From: Longimicrobiales bacterium
GTDB taxonomy: Bacteria; Gemmatimonadota; Gemmatimonadetes; Longimicrobiales; Gaopeijiaceae
Direction: 5' to 3'
NCBI GenBank assembly: GCA_965197725.1
Contig: CBDANQ010000056.1
Coordinates: 38,696-102,695 of the forward strand
Length of the DNA: 64,000 bases
Numbering within the stretch: the stretch's first letter is position 1; the number at the start of each line of letters is the position of its first letter. The translations under genes and the position numbers were made by a program. Positions 50,867-62,059 of the stretch are shown one piece after another. The notes under the pieces are model-generated. The model worked only from the letters and a program-made list of their open reading frames with translations, was not told the DNA's origin and ran no database searches.

Positions 50867-51304
50867 CTAGCCCCGGGGGTCTATCACCCGGCCCTGGAAG
50901 AGAACGGTTCCCGTCCGGTGGTCCCGGATGAAGAAGTAGAACGGTCGGTCCACGATGAACGGAATCGGCGGGGGCGCTTCCCACTCTTCTGCCTCGCCCA
51001 GGGTCATGTCCGCGGTGGCTGCGGCCGCCTCCGTACCCTCCTCATCGATCTTCACCCACGCTTGGTGAATCACTTCCGAGATCACGAGGGGTTCGCTAGT
51101 AGGCGTCAGACCGCTGAAATCCGAGACCCTCGAATCGAACGCGTCTCGCATGCCGAGTGCTTGAAGAAGCTCGCCTAGCGGACTCGCGAAGCGCAGCTCG
51201 AGTTTCGGGAGTCTGAGATCAAGATCCTGCTGGCTCATGCCGGAATCGGTACGCGCCAGAAACTCCGTGGAAAGCGAGGCCTCCACCTCGTCGAAGCGTC
51301 GGTG
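50867..51304 (-). pseudogene. Serpin, C-terminal third only
   Basis: LPK, LGMRDAF, DFSG, DEEGTEAAAAT, FIVDRPFYFFIRD..VLFQGRVIDP. Confidence 0.9.
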
Positions 51305-51396
51305 ACCCCTCGCCCAGATACGGTATCCATCATCGATATTCTCCCCTGGATCGTGGAGCTATTGTAGAGGCCTCCCTACGTTTAGCGACACCCACC

Positions 51397-51945
51397 ATGG
51401 CCACAGACCTACCGTTCGACTCCACCGTGCCTGATCCCCGGCTGGTCTTCGAGACGCTGGCCGAGCTCCGCGAGCGGCCGCCGCCGGACGATCCCTCGTC
51501 CGTGGGGTGCGTGGTCGCGATCGTGGCGATTGTTGCGTTCGTCTTCATGCCCGTCATCTCCCGCAGTCCGGGTCTGAACTCCACCGTGCTGTTCGGCATC
51601 GGCGCGGCGCTGCTCGCCGTGGCGATCGTGGGGGGGCTCGTCGGCATCTTCGGCGGTGGCTTCGCCTCGGGTGCGATCAGCACGGATGTCGAAGAGGCGA
51701 TCGGCCAGCTGCTCGGGGCTTTCCCGGACGGAGACCCCGCCGTGATACGCGAGGCGGCGCTGCGCATCCTCGAGGGATCGACCGTCACGACCGGACCGAC
51801 GACGGTCGCAACCTTCGACCGTAACGAGGTGGCGAGCCGCCTTGGTGATGCGCTGCCGTACGTGATCGCGGTCGAGCGTCTGCTGCTGGGGCGCCGCGAG
51901 ATCTACCCGGTCTTCACACTCCGCCCTCGATCGTCACCCGAATGA
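51397..51945 (+). CDS. Hypothetical membrane protein (2 TM)
   Basis: ATG-started ORF with two hydrophobic helices. Confidence 0.65.
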   Translation: MATDLPFDSTVPDPRLVFETLAELRERPPPDDPSSVGCVVAIVAIVAFVFMPVISRSPGLNSTVLFGIGAALLAVAIVGGLVGIFGGGFASGAISTDVEEAIGQLLGAFPDGDPAVIREAALRILEGSTVTTGPTTVATFDRNEVASRLGDALPYVIAVERLLLGRREIYPVFTLRPRSSPE

Positions 51946-52594
51946 TCTTCGTCAGCTCCCCGAATTCGGCGTCCAGGTAGTCGTTGCCCCGCGCCTGCGC
52001 CATCGCCGCGTACGGGCCTGAGCCCCTGGGCGGGCCGTCACCGTATGCGGCGTAGAAGGCGTCGACCACCTCCATGCCCTCGATAACCTCACCGATGGGG
52101 GAGAAGCCTTGTTCGTCGAGCTCCGCGTTGTCCCGATAATTGACGAAGATCTCGGTCGTACGCGTGTGCAGACCGCCCTTCGCGAAGGTGACGCGGCCCC
52201 GGCTATTCGTCTCCACGACGGGATCGTCGACGATGAACTGCGTCTTCCAGGCCTGGCTGACGTACGGATCCGCGTTGATCCCGAACTGCGCCATGAAGCC
52301 GTCCATGACGCGGTACACGCGCGAGTCGTCGAAGAAACCGTTCTTGGCGAGGTTGTAGAAGCGATCGACACCCAGGGGTGCCCAGTCGCGGTGCAGCTCG
52401 ATGACGAACTCACCGTCGCTCGTCTCGAAACGCGCTCGGAACGTCGCTGGCGCGGTCTCGGTGAACCGAGCAGGCCGAAGCAGTGGGTTTGCGGGCTGGC
52501 GCGGCTCGGCATCGTCGGCGTTGCCTCCGCACATCGCCACAAGCGGGGGAAGAAGGATGAGCGAGCAGAAGGCGCGGGCGAATCTACGGGTCAC
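51914..52594 (-). CDS. Cyclophilin-type peptidyl-prolyl isomerase
   Basis: WAPLGVDRFYNL, FMAQFG, SPIGEVIEGMEVVD; signal-like N-terminus. Confidence 0.88.
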   Translation of the reverse strand: MTRRFARAFCSLILLPPLVAMCGGNADDAEPRQPANPLLRPARFTETAPATFRARFETSDGEFVIELHRDWAPLGVDRFYNLAKNGFFDDSRVYRVMDGFMAQFGINADPYVSQAWKTQFIVDDPVVETNSRGRVTFAKGGLHTRTTEIFVNYRDNAELDEQGFSPIGEVIEGMEVVDAFYAAYGDGPPRGSGPYAAMAQARGNDYLDAEFGELTKIIRVTIEGGV

Positions 52595-52731
52595 ATGGGG
52601 CTCCTGGTTGGTACGTGCAACTCTCCATGTGCGCCGGAGAACGAGCCGCGTCAAGGCACAAACCTTGCGGCCGGCGGAGCGTCTTGGGATGCTATGCGTC
52701 CCGCTGCGGACCCGACCCTGAGTGATCCGTC

Positions 52732-53796
52732 ATGATCGACCTGAGAAGCGATACCGTCACGAAGCCAAGCGAAGCGATGCGCGCCGCGATGGCGGCGGCC
52801 GAGGTAGGCGACGACGTGTACGGAGACGATCCGACGGTGAAGGCGTTGGAGGCGCGCACCGCAGAGCTGCTGGGCAAGGAGGACGCGGTCTTCGTGCCGA
52901 CCGGCAGCATGTCGAATCAGATCGCGATCCGGACGCACACCGAACCCGGCGATCTCGTGCTCATCGACCAGGCCGCACACATCATCCGAGCGGAAGGGGG
53001 CGCCGCGGCTGCACTCAGCGGTGTGACGATGAAGCCGCTCGCGGGCGCCGGTGGGATATTCAGCACGGACGACGTAGACGCGTCTTTGGAGCGGGACCAT
53101 CCGTTCAACCCTTCGACGCTCAGCCCACACCCGAGCCTGCTGTGCGTGGAGAACACTCACAACGGAGGTGGGGGCGCGGTGTGGCCGCTCGCGGATGTGC
53201 AGGAGGTCTGCGAAGCAGCTGGGCGTCACGCGCTCGCGACGCACTTGGACGGAGCCCGTCTGTGGCACGCGACGGCAGCTTCGGGTATTTCTGAACGAGA
53301 CTATGCGGCGCCGTTCGACACCGTGAATGTGTGCTTCAGCAAGGCGCTCGGCGCGCCGGTGGGCTCGGCGCTCGCTGGCCCGAGAGAGTTGATCACGCGC
53401 GCTCGGCGCTTCAAGCAGCAGTTCGGTGGCGGGTTCCGGCAGGCGGGCATCATCGCTGCGGGCGCGCTGCACGCACTCGAGCACCACCGCGAGAGTCTAG
53501 CTCAGGACGTCGAGCACGCCCGGCTGCTCGCGGAGGGGCTCGCTGGCATCGATGGCATGAGCGTCGACCTCTCTTCCGTGCAGTCCAACATCGTGCGCTT
53601 CGAGATCACGGTGATGGATGCTGGCCTGTTCGCCACGTCCTGCCATGAGCGTGGTGTCCACATGCTGCCCAACGGCGAGCACGGCATGCGCGCCGTGACG
53701 CACCGCGACGTGAGTCGAGACGACGTCGTCACGGCCCTCGAGCTGATGGCGGCGGTCCTCGCAGCCGAAGCGGCCGAGGTCACGGAAGGCATATGA
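52732..53796 (+). CDS. ltaE: Low-specificity L-threonine aldolase
   Basis: [42 protein letters not shown]. Confidence 0.92.
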   Translation: MIDLRSDTVTKPSEAMRAAMAAAEVGDDVYGDDPTVKALEARTAELLGKEDAVFVPTGSMSNQIAIRTHTEPGDLVLIDQAAHIIRAEGGAAAALSGVTMKPLAGAGGIFSTDDVDASLERDHPFNPSTLSPHPSLLCVENTHNGGGGAVWPLADVQEVCEAAGRHALATHLDGARLWHATAASGISERDYAAPFDTVNVCFSKALGAPVGSALAGPRELITRARRFKQQFGGGFRQAGIIAAGALHALEHHRESLAQDVEHARLLAEGLAGIDGMSVDLSSVQSNIVRFEITVMDAGLFATSCHERGVHMLPNGEHGMRAVTHRDVSRDDVVTALELMAAVLAAEAAEVTEGI

Positions 53797-53797
53797 C

Positions 53798-54757
53798 ATG
53801 AGGAGGCTCTTCCTGTTGCTCTTCGGGGCCTTCTCGGTGCTCGGCGCCCTCGCGATCGGCGCGCTGTGGATCGACGAAGTGGGGGAAGATCGCGCGGACG
53901 CGCGCAGGCTGTCAGAGCGTAGCCACTTCGCTCCGACGGATACCGCCAAGATGGGCCTCATGCCCAGCGAGCTGCGCGAATCGTCCGGACTCGGGATCAG
54001 CCGGACCCATCCCGGCGTCATCTGGACGCATAACGACTCGGGCGATCAGCCGCGCCTGTATGCGATCGACTCGAACGCGACGCTCCTGGCGACCTTCGAT
54101 GTCGAGGGTGCGGGTGCGCGGGACTGGGAGGCGATGGAGTTGGGCCCCTGTCCCGGGCCGGGTGACGGGTCTTGCCTCTACATGGCGGACTTCGGGGACA
54201 ACAGCTTCGCCCGGGAGTCGGTGACGATTTACATCATCGAGGAGCCGGACCCAGCCGCGGGGGACGGCGGGGTCGCTGCGCTGGGGGCGGTGTCGTTCTT
54301 CTATCCAGACGGTCCGCACGATGCTGAGGCTCTCGCGATGACGGCGAACGGGGGCCTTATAGTCGTTACGAAGGAACGGCGCGGGGCACCGTGGCTCTTC
54401 CAGATCTCAGCGGCGGACGTGGCCTCTGCGGTCGGGCACGGGGAGCCCCTCACGCTCGCCCCCGGCCACCGACTGCCGATCGAGCTTCGCTCGTGGCGCG
54501 ACCAGACTACCGGAGCCTCACTCAACTGGAGAGGAGACGTGCTCGCGGTGCGGACCTACTCGGAGATCTACTTCTTTCGCTGGCCGGTCTCCGACAAGCC
54601 GGAGCAGGTGGCCGAAACCTGCTTTCTGGGTGACTTGGAGCGGCAGGGGGAGGCGATCGCCTTCAGGGAGGACGGGCAACTCATGCTGACCAGCGAGACG
54701 GTGACTCGGAGGCCGGGGTACCTACAAACAGTGCGGTGTACCGGCGCCGGGGCATAG
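53798..54757 (+). CDS. Exported beta-propeller-like hypothetical protein
   Basis: ESSGL, WTHNDSG, DWEAM, ADFGDN, DAEAL, QGEAIAF repeats. Confidence 0.7.
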   Translation: MRRLFLLLFGAFSVLGALAIGALWIDEVGEDRADARRLSERSHFAPTDTAKMGLMPSELRESSGLGISRTHPGVIWTHNDSGDQPRLYAIDSNATLLATFDVEGAGARDWEAMELGPCPGPGDGSCLYMADFGDNSFARESVTIYIIEEPDPAAGDGGVAALGAVSFFYPDGPHDAEALAMTANGGLIVVTKERRGAPWLFQISAADVASAVGHGEPLTLAPGHRLPIELRSWRDQTTGASLNWRGDVLAVRTYSEIYFFRWPVSDKPEQVAETCFLGDLERQGEAIAFREDGQLMLTSETVTRRPGYLQTVRCTGAGA

Positions 54758-54915
54758 CCTGACCACACGGTGACCTACGAGCTGGTCCGTCATGCGAGCA
54801 CTGCGATGATGTAGCGGGCGGTCGACATCTGCTCGCTCCGGTCGAGAGACTTGTGCGGCGGCTTCGGAAGATAGACCCTGCTGCTTCCAGGCAGCTAGGA
54901 GATCGGACGGTGGAA

Positions 54916-55488
54916 ATGGTCGGAGAAACGCGGACGGAACGGGCTACGCTTGGCGGCGGGTGTTTTTGGTGCCTCGAAGCCGTATTCGAGCTGGTGGAGG
55001 GTGTCAGCCTGGTGAAGTCCGGGTACGTGGGCGGTTCGGTGCCGAACCCGACGTACGAGCAGGTGTGCACCGGCACCACCGGACACGCCGAAATCGTGCA
55101 GGTCGACTTCGACCCCGAAGTCATCTCTTACGGTGAACTGCTCGAGATCTTCTTCGGCGTGCACGACCCGACTTCGCTCAACCGGCAGGGCAACGATGTC
55201 GGCACGCAGTACCGCTCCGCCATCTTCTACGAAGATAAAGCGCAGCGCGATATCGCGCTCGAGGTGATCAGGGAACTCGACCGTGACGGCCCCTCCGATA
55301 GCCCGATCGTCACGACGGTGGAGCCGCTCGCTTCCTTCTATCCTGCGGAGGAGTACCACGACGAGTATTTCCGGAGGAACGGAGAGCAGCCGTATTGCCG
55401 GGTCGTCGTGGCGCCCAAGGTCGGGAAGTTCCGCCGGCGATTCGCCCATCGGATGAAGTCCGGGAGCGGGGAGTCAGGCGGCGCTTAG
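54916..55488 (+). CDS. msrA: Peptide-methionine (S)-S-oxide reductase
   Basis: GGCFWC, GHAE, RQGNDVGTQYRS, AEEYH, YC. Confidence 0.95.
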   Translation: MVGETRTERATLGGGCFWCLEAVFELVEGVSLVKSGYVGGSVPNPTYEQVCTGTTGHAEIVQVDFDPEVISYGELLEIFFGVHDPTSLNRQGNDVGTQYRSAIFYEDKAQRDIALEVIRELDRDGPSDSPIVTTVEPLASFYPAEEYHDEYFRRNGEQPYCRVVVAPKVGKFRRRFAHRMKSGSGESGGA

Positions 55489-55662
55489 GCTGTGCTGGCG
55501 CCTGACAAGCCAAGTGGCAGAACGGTTTTTGGGGAACGCCGGGGTGCTTCGACTTCGGATGGTTGCATACAGCGCGATTGATGCGGAACTTCCTTCTTCG
55601 CCCGGGGCTATGGGCAACAAGAACCTGTCCGACAGTCTCCCCCAGTGTAGGAGAGTAGACGC

Positions 55663-56095
55663 ATGGCCAAGCCCGACGGGCCCCTCGTGAGAAAGTGGAG
55701 GGATCTCGCCGAGGAGGGCTACCTGTACGCGGAGATCTCGCGGAGGTATCCGCCGTTCTCGGTGGATCAGGTACGCCACTATTGCCTGGGACACACGGGA
55801 CGGAAGGTCGGTGGCCCGATCCAGAGAGTGGATCGGTGGTACGGATCGAACGTGTGGCTCCGCGGGGCGGAACTCCCCGCATGCCGAGCTGACAGAGAAG
55901 CAGGCCCGAAGAGTCCTGGACGACTGGGACGAGAAGGCCGACAGATGGCGCAAGTCCGGAGCCGATTGGGCTCGGAAGCTGGGCGTATCGCCCAGCACCA
56001 TCTACATGCTTCGGCGTGGCGAGACGTGGAAGTTTCTCGAGCATCCCAATCAGGGACGGAAGCCGAAGAAGGCGCGTAAGAAGCGCTCGAAGTAG
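55663..56095 (+). pseudogene. Tandem-HTH DNA-binding protein, +1 frameshift at 55864-55870
   Basis: WLRG / NSPHAELTEKQA..ARKLGVSPSTIYMLRRGETWK; hairpin follows at 56119-56146. Confidence 0.6.
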
Positions 56096-56345
56096 CTCGG
56101 TTCCACCTCGTTGAGCGCCCCGGTCCGCCGAGTGGCGGGCCCGGGTACTTGCGTCTCACTATCACGCGTTCACCATGCCGTCCGGGTTGAGCGACGGCGC
56201 ACGCGCTCTACTCCGAGCTGCCCTCCCCTTCGCTTTCCTCAGCCTCTGGCTCCTCCTTGAGCGGGGCTAGTCGGCTAGGCTCCGCAAGCTACGCCACCCG
56301 CCGGCCACGCCGAGCCGTCGCTGCTTCCGACCAGCCGAGGAGCGG

Positions 56346-57896
56346 CTAGTCGCGCGACCCCGACTCCCAGCCGAAGCGCTGCAGGAAGGCCCGATCGGCG
56401 TCCTTCCAGATCTCTTCGAGGCGTGCCATGGCGTCCGCCGCCGCGGCATCCTCTCCCGCTGCGGTCGCGGCCGTGGATAGGCCGACCAGCGAGTTGGTGC
56501 GCCCCGGCGTGAATTCGAGCGCTTTCCGGAAAACGTGCGCTGCCTCCGCGGGACGATCACTCATCAGGTAGACCGCGCCGAGCAACTCGTGCGGTGGTTG
56601 CAGGCTCGCCGGAGGACCGAACTCGATCGGAAGGGTCTCTTCCAGCGCGGCCGCCTCAGTGAGCAGTCCAATAGCCTGATCCGCGTCCCCACCGTCGAAG
56701 GCGATGAGCGCGGCCAACTCCATGTGGGCGATGCGTAACCGCGGATTCTGGGCGGTGGTGCGGGAGCCCAGCTTGATGAGCATCGCCTGCGCGATATCGC
56801 GATCCCCATTCCTGATGGCCGCGATGCCCGTGATGAAGTCGTAGCCGGGGTGATCTACGTCCGCGCTCAAGCGTTCCGCTGCATCCCAGTCGCCCAGGTC
56901 GAGTACGTGACGGGCGCGCATGTTCACGAAATAGTCCACCTCGCCGCGGTCAGCTCCCGAGAGTACCCGCTCTCGACACTCCGCTACGCCCCGCTCGGCG
57001 TGGTCGATCTTGCCCTGTTGCAGCCAACCGTAGTGGAGCCACGACGTGTAGTGCCCACACGGGTTCGAGGGCTGGCCGAGCTCGGCGTTGCGACCGTTCT
57101 GGACGTCGCGCGCACGGACGTTCGCCGCCACGACGTCGTCCCACATGCCCGACGCAATGAAGATGTGTGACGTCATGTGCTGGGCATGTCCGGCATCGGG
57201 CGCGACTCCCGAGTAGGCACGAGCGGCCGGCAGACCCAGAGGCGCGTGCACGGGGTCGTCGAACGAGTGGATGATGTAGTGCACCGCGCCAGGGTGATTC
57301 GGATTCAGACCGACGATCGGCTGCGCCACCGCGGCAGCTCGCATGTACGTCGAGAAGTCTCGCTCGCCGTCCGTGCTTCCGAGAATCGCGAGCGAGTAGA
57401 ACGCGCGCGCCTCGAGGTCGTCGGGATACGTGTTCATGAGCCGCTCCATGGCCCCCATGTAGGCGACGTCGCGTTCAGCCTTGGTGCCCTCTCCGTACAG
57501 CACGTCGAGCGCCGCGAGATACGCCGCTTCGCGCTGGGTGGGAGCCCTTGACTGACGCGCTTGAGCACTCACCGCATATCGCCCGAGCGCGGCCAGTGCG
57601 GCCGGCTTGTCCTGTTGCCGCCAGAGCGGGTGGTTGTACGTCATCGCCTCGCCCCAGTATGCCAAGGCGAACTCCGGATCGATCTCCTGGGCCTTCCTGA
57701 ACTCGGTCGCGGCATCACCGAACTCGAAGGAGTGGAGGAGTAGCACGCCGTCTAGGAACGAAGCCTGCGCTTCGGGCGACCCCGAGTTCTGGAAGTCCAG
57801 GAATCCGAGGCGCCGCTCCTGGGCGAGCAGATCGTCGCGCCCGGCGAGCAAGACGCCGAGGGCTAGCGCGAAGGCGGGAAGGATCGAGGTCTTCAT
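56346..57896 (-). CDS. Exported TPR-repeat protein
   Basis: Signal peptide, GVLLLHSFEF, AYWGEAM, HPGAVHYIIH, HAQHMTSHIF. Confidence 0.8.
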   Translation of the reverse strand: MKTSILPAFALALGVLLAGRDDLLAQERRLGFLDFQNSGSPEAQASFLDGVLLLHSFEFGDAATEFRKAQEIDPEFALAYWGEAMTYNHPLWRQQDKPAALAALGRYAVSAQARQSRAPTQREAAYLAALDVLYGEGTKAERDVAYMGAMERLMNTYPDDLEARAFYSLAILGSTDGERDFSTYMRAAAVAQPIVGLNPNHPGAVHYIIHSFDDPVHAPLGLPAARAYSGVAPDAGHAQHMTSHIFIASGMWDDVVAANVRARDVQNGRNAELGQPSNPCGHYTSWLHYGWLQQGKIDHAERGVAECRERVLSGADRGEVDYFVNMRARHVLDLGDWDAAERLSADVDHPGYDFITGIAAIRNGDRDIAQAMLIKLGSRTTAQNPRLRIAHMELAALIAFDGGDADQAIGLLTEAAALEETLPIEFGPPASLQPPHELLGAVYLMSDRPAEAAHVFRKALEFTPGRTNSLVGLSTAATAAGEDAAAADAMARLEEIWKDADRAFLQRFGWESGSRD

Positions 57897-58044
57897 AGTC
57901 ATACTCCGAGCGGCTCAGCCAACGATCATGCGACTGCGTGCATCCAACCGTTCATCTCGAGCGCTCGGCGCGCAAGGTTTCCCTGGTCGCCTTGCCTCGC
58001 GGGGCCTCCGACAGGCATCCTCTAGATCACGATTGGAGGTGGAT

Positions 58045-58762
58045 GTGGAGCTACATGTCGGTACGAGCGGTTTCAGCTACAAGGAGTGGAAGGGCACCTT
58101 CTACCCCGAAGATCTGCCCAACAAGGACATGCTCTCCTACTACGGGGAGCGCTTGGGGGCAGTCGAGATCAACAACACGTTCTATCGCCTGCCGAAGACA
58201 TCGGTGCTGGAGAGCTGGGCCAAGCAGGTGCCGGACGGCTTCCGGTTCTCGATCAAGGCGTCGCGCAAGATCACCCACTTCACGCGCCTCAAAGCCGGGT
58301 CGCAGGATCCGACTGAGTACTTGTTGTCCACGCTCGGCTCTCTTGGGGATCGCCTGGGCGTGTTGCTCTTCCAGCTGCCTCCGAACTTCAAGAAGGACAT
58401 CGAACGCTTCTCCGGATTCCTGGGGATGCTACCGGAGGGGACCCCCGCCGCTTGGGAGTTTCGCCACGAGAGCTGGTACGACGACGAAGTGTATGATCTG
58501 CTGCGTGACCGCGCGCAGGCGTTGGTTGGCGCGGATACAGAAGAGTCGGGAGACGACGAGCCCATCTTGCACACAGCCCCCTGGGGATACCTGCGCTTAC
58601 GCAGGCCCACGTACGACGATGGCGACCTCGAGCGCTGGGCCCGGAGTGTGGCTGCCCAGGAGTGGGAACACGCCTTTATCTTCTTCAAGCATGAGGACGG
58701 GGGTGCCGGTCCCCCAAATGGCAGACCGCTTCGCGAGGATAGCCGGTGAGGAGACGTCCTGA
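58045..58762 (+). CDS. DUF72 family protein, +1 frameshift in C5 run 58711-58715
   Basis: VGTSGFSYKEWKGTFYP, VEINNTFY, LFQLPP, EFRHESW, YLRLR, FFKHE. Confidence 0.88.
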
Positions 58763-58889
58763 GTCGAAACCAGGTGGACAGGCCCTCGGGGCGCCTTTAG
58801 TATCGAGCGCCCTTGTCGCGAGGGCATGACTCTCTCGCACCCACGTCGAGCTCAAAGCCCGACGTGGTTTTTGCCGCTCTGGAGTTTAG

Positions 58890-59840
58890 ATGATCTCAGT
58901 TGAGGGCGTTACGAAGCGATATGGAGGGATCACCGCTGTCGACGACCTGAGCTTTACGGTCGACCGCGGGGAGGTGGTTGGCTTCCTCGGTCCTAATGGA
59001 GCCGGTAAGACCACCACCATGCGCATGATCACCGGCACGCTGCAGCCGGACGAGGGGGCAGTGCTCTTCGACGGCGCACCAATCGCGGACAACCTCACCG
59101 AGGCGAAGCACCGCGTCGGCTATCTGCCCGAGTCGAACCCGCTCTATGACGAGATGCTCGTCGCCGAGTACCTCGAGCACGTCGCGGAGCTGCGTGGGCT
59201 TGCCCTGGACGGGGCGCGCTCGGGCATTGCGGACGCCGTCGACGAGACCGGCGTGAGCGAGGTCTTCTACCGTCCCATCGGAGAGTGTTCGAAGGGCTAT
59301 CGGCAGCGTATCGGTCTGGCGGGAGCGATCCTGCACAGACCCGAGGTGCTGATCCTCGACGAGCCGACCGAGGGGCTCGACCCGAACCAGCGCGTGGAGA
59401 TCCGCCGTTTGGTGGGGAGCCTCGGCCGCGAGCGCACCGTGCTGTTGAGCACGCACGTGATGCAGGAGGTCGAGGGGACCTGCTCGCGGCTCGTCATTCT
59501 CAACGAGGGTCGACTGGCCGCCGATGGAAGCGTGGAGGAGTTGCTCGCCACCCTGGCCGGAGCCGTGCGCTACGTGGTCGAGGCCGAGGGCTCGGGGGTC
59601 GCCGACGCGCTTGCGGGGCTGCCCGGGAGCTCCGGTCACTCCTGTGAGGAGGTGAACGGTCGTGTGCGCGTGGTGCTCGACGCTCGCGGTGAGGAGGATC
59701 TGAGGCCTCGCATCTTCGAGCTCGCGCGGGATAGCAGCTGGACGCTGTGGGAGCTCCATCGCGAGCGGGGGAGCCTGGAGGAGGTCTTCCGGAATCTGAC
59801 GTCGGATATCGCGCACACCGAGAGCGAGGTGGACGCATGA
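58890..59840 (+). CDS. ABC transporter ATP-binding protein (GldA-like)
   Basis: GPNGAGKTT, SKGYRQR, LILDEPT, LSTH. Confidence 0.9.
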   Translation: MISVEGVTKRYGGITAVDDLSFTVDRGEVVGFLGPNGAGKTTTMRMITGTLQPDEGAVLFDGAPIADNLTEAKHRVGYLPESNPLYDEMLVAEYLEHVAELRGLALDGARSGIADAVDETGVSEVFYRPIGECSKGYRQRIGLAGAILHRPEVLILDEPTEGLDPNQRVEIRRLVGSLGRERTVLLSTHVMQEVEGTCSRLVILNEGRLAADGSVEELLATLAGAVRYVVEAEGSGVADALAGLPGSSGHSCEEVNGRVRVVLDARGEEDLRPRIFELARDSSWTLWELHRERGSLEEVFRNLTSDIAHTESEVDA

Positions 59841-62059
59841 TGCGGGGCATCTGGACGGTCGCGCGGCGTGAGCTGCGTGGGTACTTCGATCAGCCGACGG
59901 CGTACGTCTTGGTCGTGGCCTTCCTGGGCCTGTCGCTCTTCCTCGCGTTCCGCACGATGTATGCGTCGGGGGTCGCCACCATGCGGCCCCTCTTCGACCT
60001 GCTGCCGTTGCTCTTCGCGGTCTTCGTACCGGCGGCGACCATGGGCGCGGTGGCGGAAGAGCGCCGTGGCAAGACCCTCGAATGGCTCATGGCGCAGCCA
60101 CTCTCCGAGAGAGAGCTAGTGCTCGGCAAGTTCTTCGGCAACTGGGCGTTCGTGCTCATCGCTTTGGTCGGTACGATGCCGACGTCGATCGGTGTGTTGA
60201 TGGTCTCCGAAGCGGATGCGGGCATCGTCATCGCACAGTACCTGGGGGCTGTGCTCCTGGTGGGGCAGTTCGTGGCGCTTGGCCTCTGGGCGTCCAGCAT
60301 CACGCGCGATCAGATCACGGCGTTCATTGTCGCGGCCGCGCTGAGCTTCGCGCTCTTTCTGATTGGCCTGCCGGTCGTACAGATCGGGCTTCCACCGTCG
60401 ATTTCCGGCGCTCTCGCCCGGCTCTCGGTACTCGGCCATTTCGAGAACGTCGCACGAGGCGTGGTCGATCTTCGTGACGTGCTCTACTTCGTGTCCACGA
60501 CGGGGCTCTTCTTGATGCTCGCCGTCGGCGCGGTCAGCCGGGAGCGCCTGAGCCCGGAGCGGGACGAGTTCAGGCGACTCCGGGTCGGTTCGGCGGTCGT
60601 TGCCGCGCTAGTGATCGCGCTGAACTTGCTCGGAAGTCACGTGCGTGGTCGCCTCGACCTCACCGCGGGGAACCTGTACACGCTCGCGGACGGTTCCCGG
60701 GAGTTGCTCGGGGAGTTGGACGACCTCGTGCGGATCAAGCTGTTCGCGTCAGCCGAGCTGCCCCCGGAGCTCCAACTCCAGCTCCGGGACGTGCGAGACC
60801 TGCTCGCCGACATGCGTCGCGCGTCCAACGAAAACCTCGTCGTTACCGACGTGGATCCGGACGACAACGAGGACGCGGCGGGCGAGGCCTCCGAGTTCGG
60901 GATCTTCCCGGTCGAGTTCAACGTGTTGCGCGACGATGAATTCCAGATCCGGCGTGGCTATTACGGCCTGGCCATCGTGTACGCCGACGAACAGGAGGTC
61001 ATACCGATCATCGTGCGTTCGGACGACCTGGAATTCCGGATCGCGTCGGCGATCTACCGCATGACGAACGAGAGCAGGGCCGGGGTCGCGTTCGTTCAGG
61101 GGTTCGGGGCCAAGACCGCTGCGCAGATTCCGGGGCTTCAACAGAGCCTCGCGGACCGGTACGACTTCCGTTCGGTAGACATCTCGGGTGACTCGGCGGC
61201 GGCGATCTCCCGGGACTCGACCGAGGTGATCGTGGTCGCGGGGCCCATGCAGATGCTGGACAGCGTGGCGGTTCAGCGGGTTCAAGACTTCGTCGATGCG
61301 GGTGGTGCTGCGCTGCTGCTGCTGGAGGCCATCGAGATGAACCCGACCACTGCCCAGACCATGCCAATTCGTTCGGGCCTCGAGCCTATGCTGGAGGAGA
61401 ACGGGATCGGGTTTACGGGCAGCCTGCTGATAGATCTTCAGTCGAGCGAGCGCGTAAATCTGGGACAGCGCGGCCTATTCAGCGTGATCGCACCCTATCC
61501 ATTGTGGCCGATCACGGTTCCCGGGTCGGATCACGCGATCACGGGTGGGCTCAACTCCCTGACGGTTGCGTGGGCCACAGCGCTCGACATTCAGGATTCC
61601 ACGCGCGTGACTCCTCTCTGGACCACTACGGCAGCCGGGGCTGTACAGGGCCCCATGGCGCCGATGATGCCCGACCAGGACTGGAATCGCGCGCCGGAGG
61701 AGCTCGGGGTCCGCACGGTCGCCGTCGCTGTCACACCGGCCGAAGGCGAGAGCTCCGGCCGTTTGGTCGTGGTGGGCGACGCTACGTTCGCTGAAGCCCA
61801 GTTCCTGCAGTCGAACGCCTCGAACCTGGTCTTCCTCGCAAACGCGATCGATTGGCTCGCCCAGGACGAGGCGCTGATCCGCATCCGCTCGAAGAATCGT
61901 ACGCCGCCGAACCTGGTATTTCAGTCCGACTTCACGCGCTCGTTCCTGAAGTGGGGCAATCTCATCGGGATTCCGCTCGCCTTCGTGCTCTTCGGCACGG
62001 TCCGAATCAGCGGGTGCCGACGCAGGGCGGAAGCCCGCTGGGGAGGGATCGTGGCATGA
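59837..62059 (+). CDS. Fused ABC-2 permease (GldF-like) + GldG-like periplasmic domain
   Basis: RRELRGYF, AEERRGKTLEWL, RGVVDLRDVLYF, then RLDLT..YTL, LVVVGD, NAIDWL. Confidence 0.85.
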   Translation: MMRGIWTVARRELRGYFDQPTAYVLVVAFLGLSLFLAFRTMYASGVATMRPLFDLLPLLFAVFVPAATMGAVAEERRGKTLEWLMAQPLSERELVLGKFFGNWAFVLIALVGTMPTSIGVLMVSEADAGIVIAQYLGAVLLVGQFVALGLWASSITRDQITAFIVAAALSFALFLIGLPVVQIGLPPSISGALARLSVLGHFENVARGVVDLRDVLYFVSTTGLFLMLAVGAVSRERLSPERDEFRRLRVGSAVVAALVIALNLLGSHVRGRLDLTAGNLYTLADGSRELLGELDDLVRIKLFASAELPPELQLQLRDVRDLLADMRRASNENLVVTDVDPDDNEDAAGEASEFGIFPVEFNVLRDDEFQIRRGYYGLAIVYADEQEVIPIIVRSDDLEFRIASAIYRMTNESRAGVAFVQGFGAKTAAQIPGLQQSLADRYDFRSVDISGDSAAAISRDSTEVIVVAGPMQMLDSVAVQRVQDFVDAGGAALLLLEAIEMNPTTAQTMPIRSGLEPMLEENGIGFTGSLLIDLQSSERVNLGQRGLFSVIAPYPLWPITVPGSDHAITGGLNSLTVAWATALDIQDSTRVTPLWTTTAAGAVQGPMAPMMPDQDWNRAPEELGVRTVAVAVTPAEGESSGRLVVVGDATFAEAQFLQSNASNLVFLANAIDWLAQDEALIRIRSKNRTPPNLVFQSDFTRSFLKWGNLIGIPLAFVLFGTVRISGCRRRAEARWGGIVA

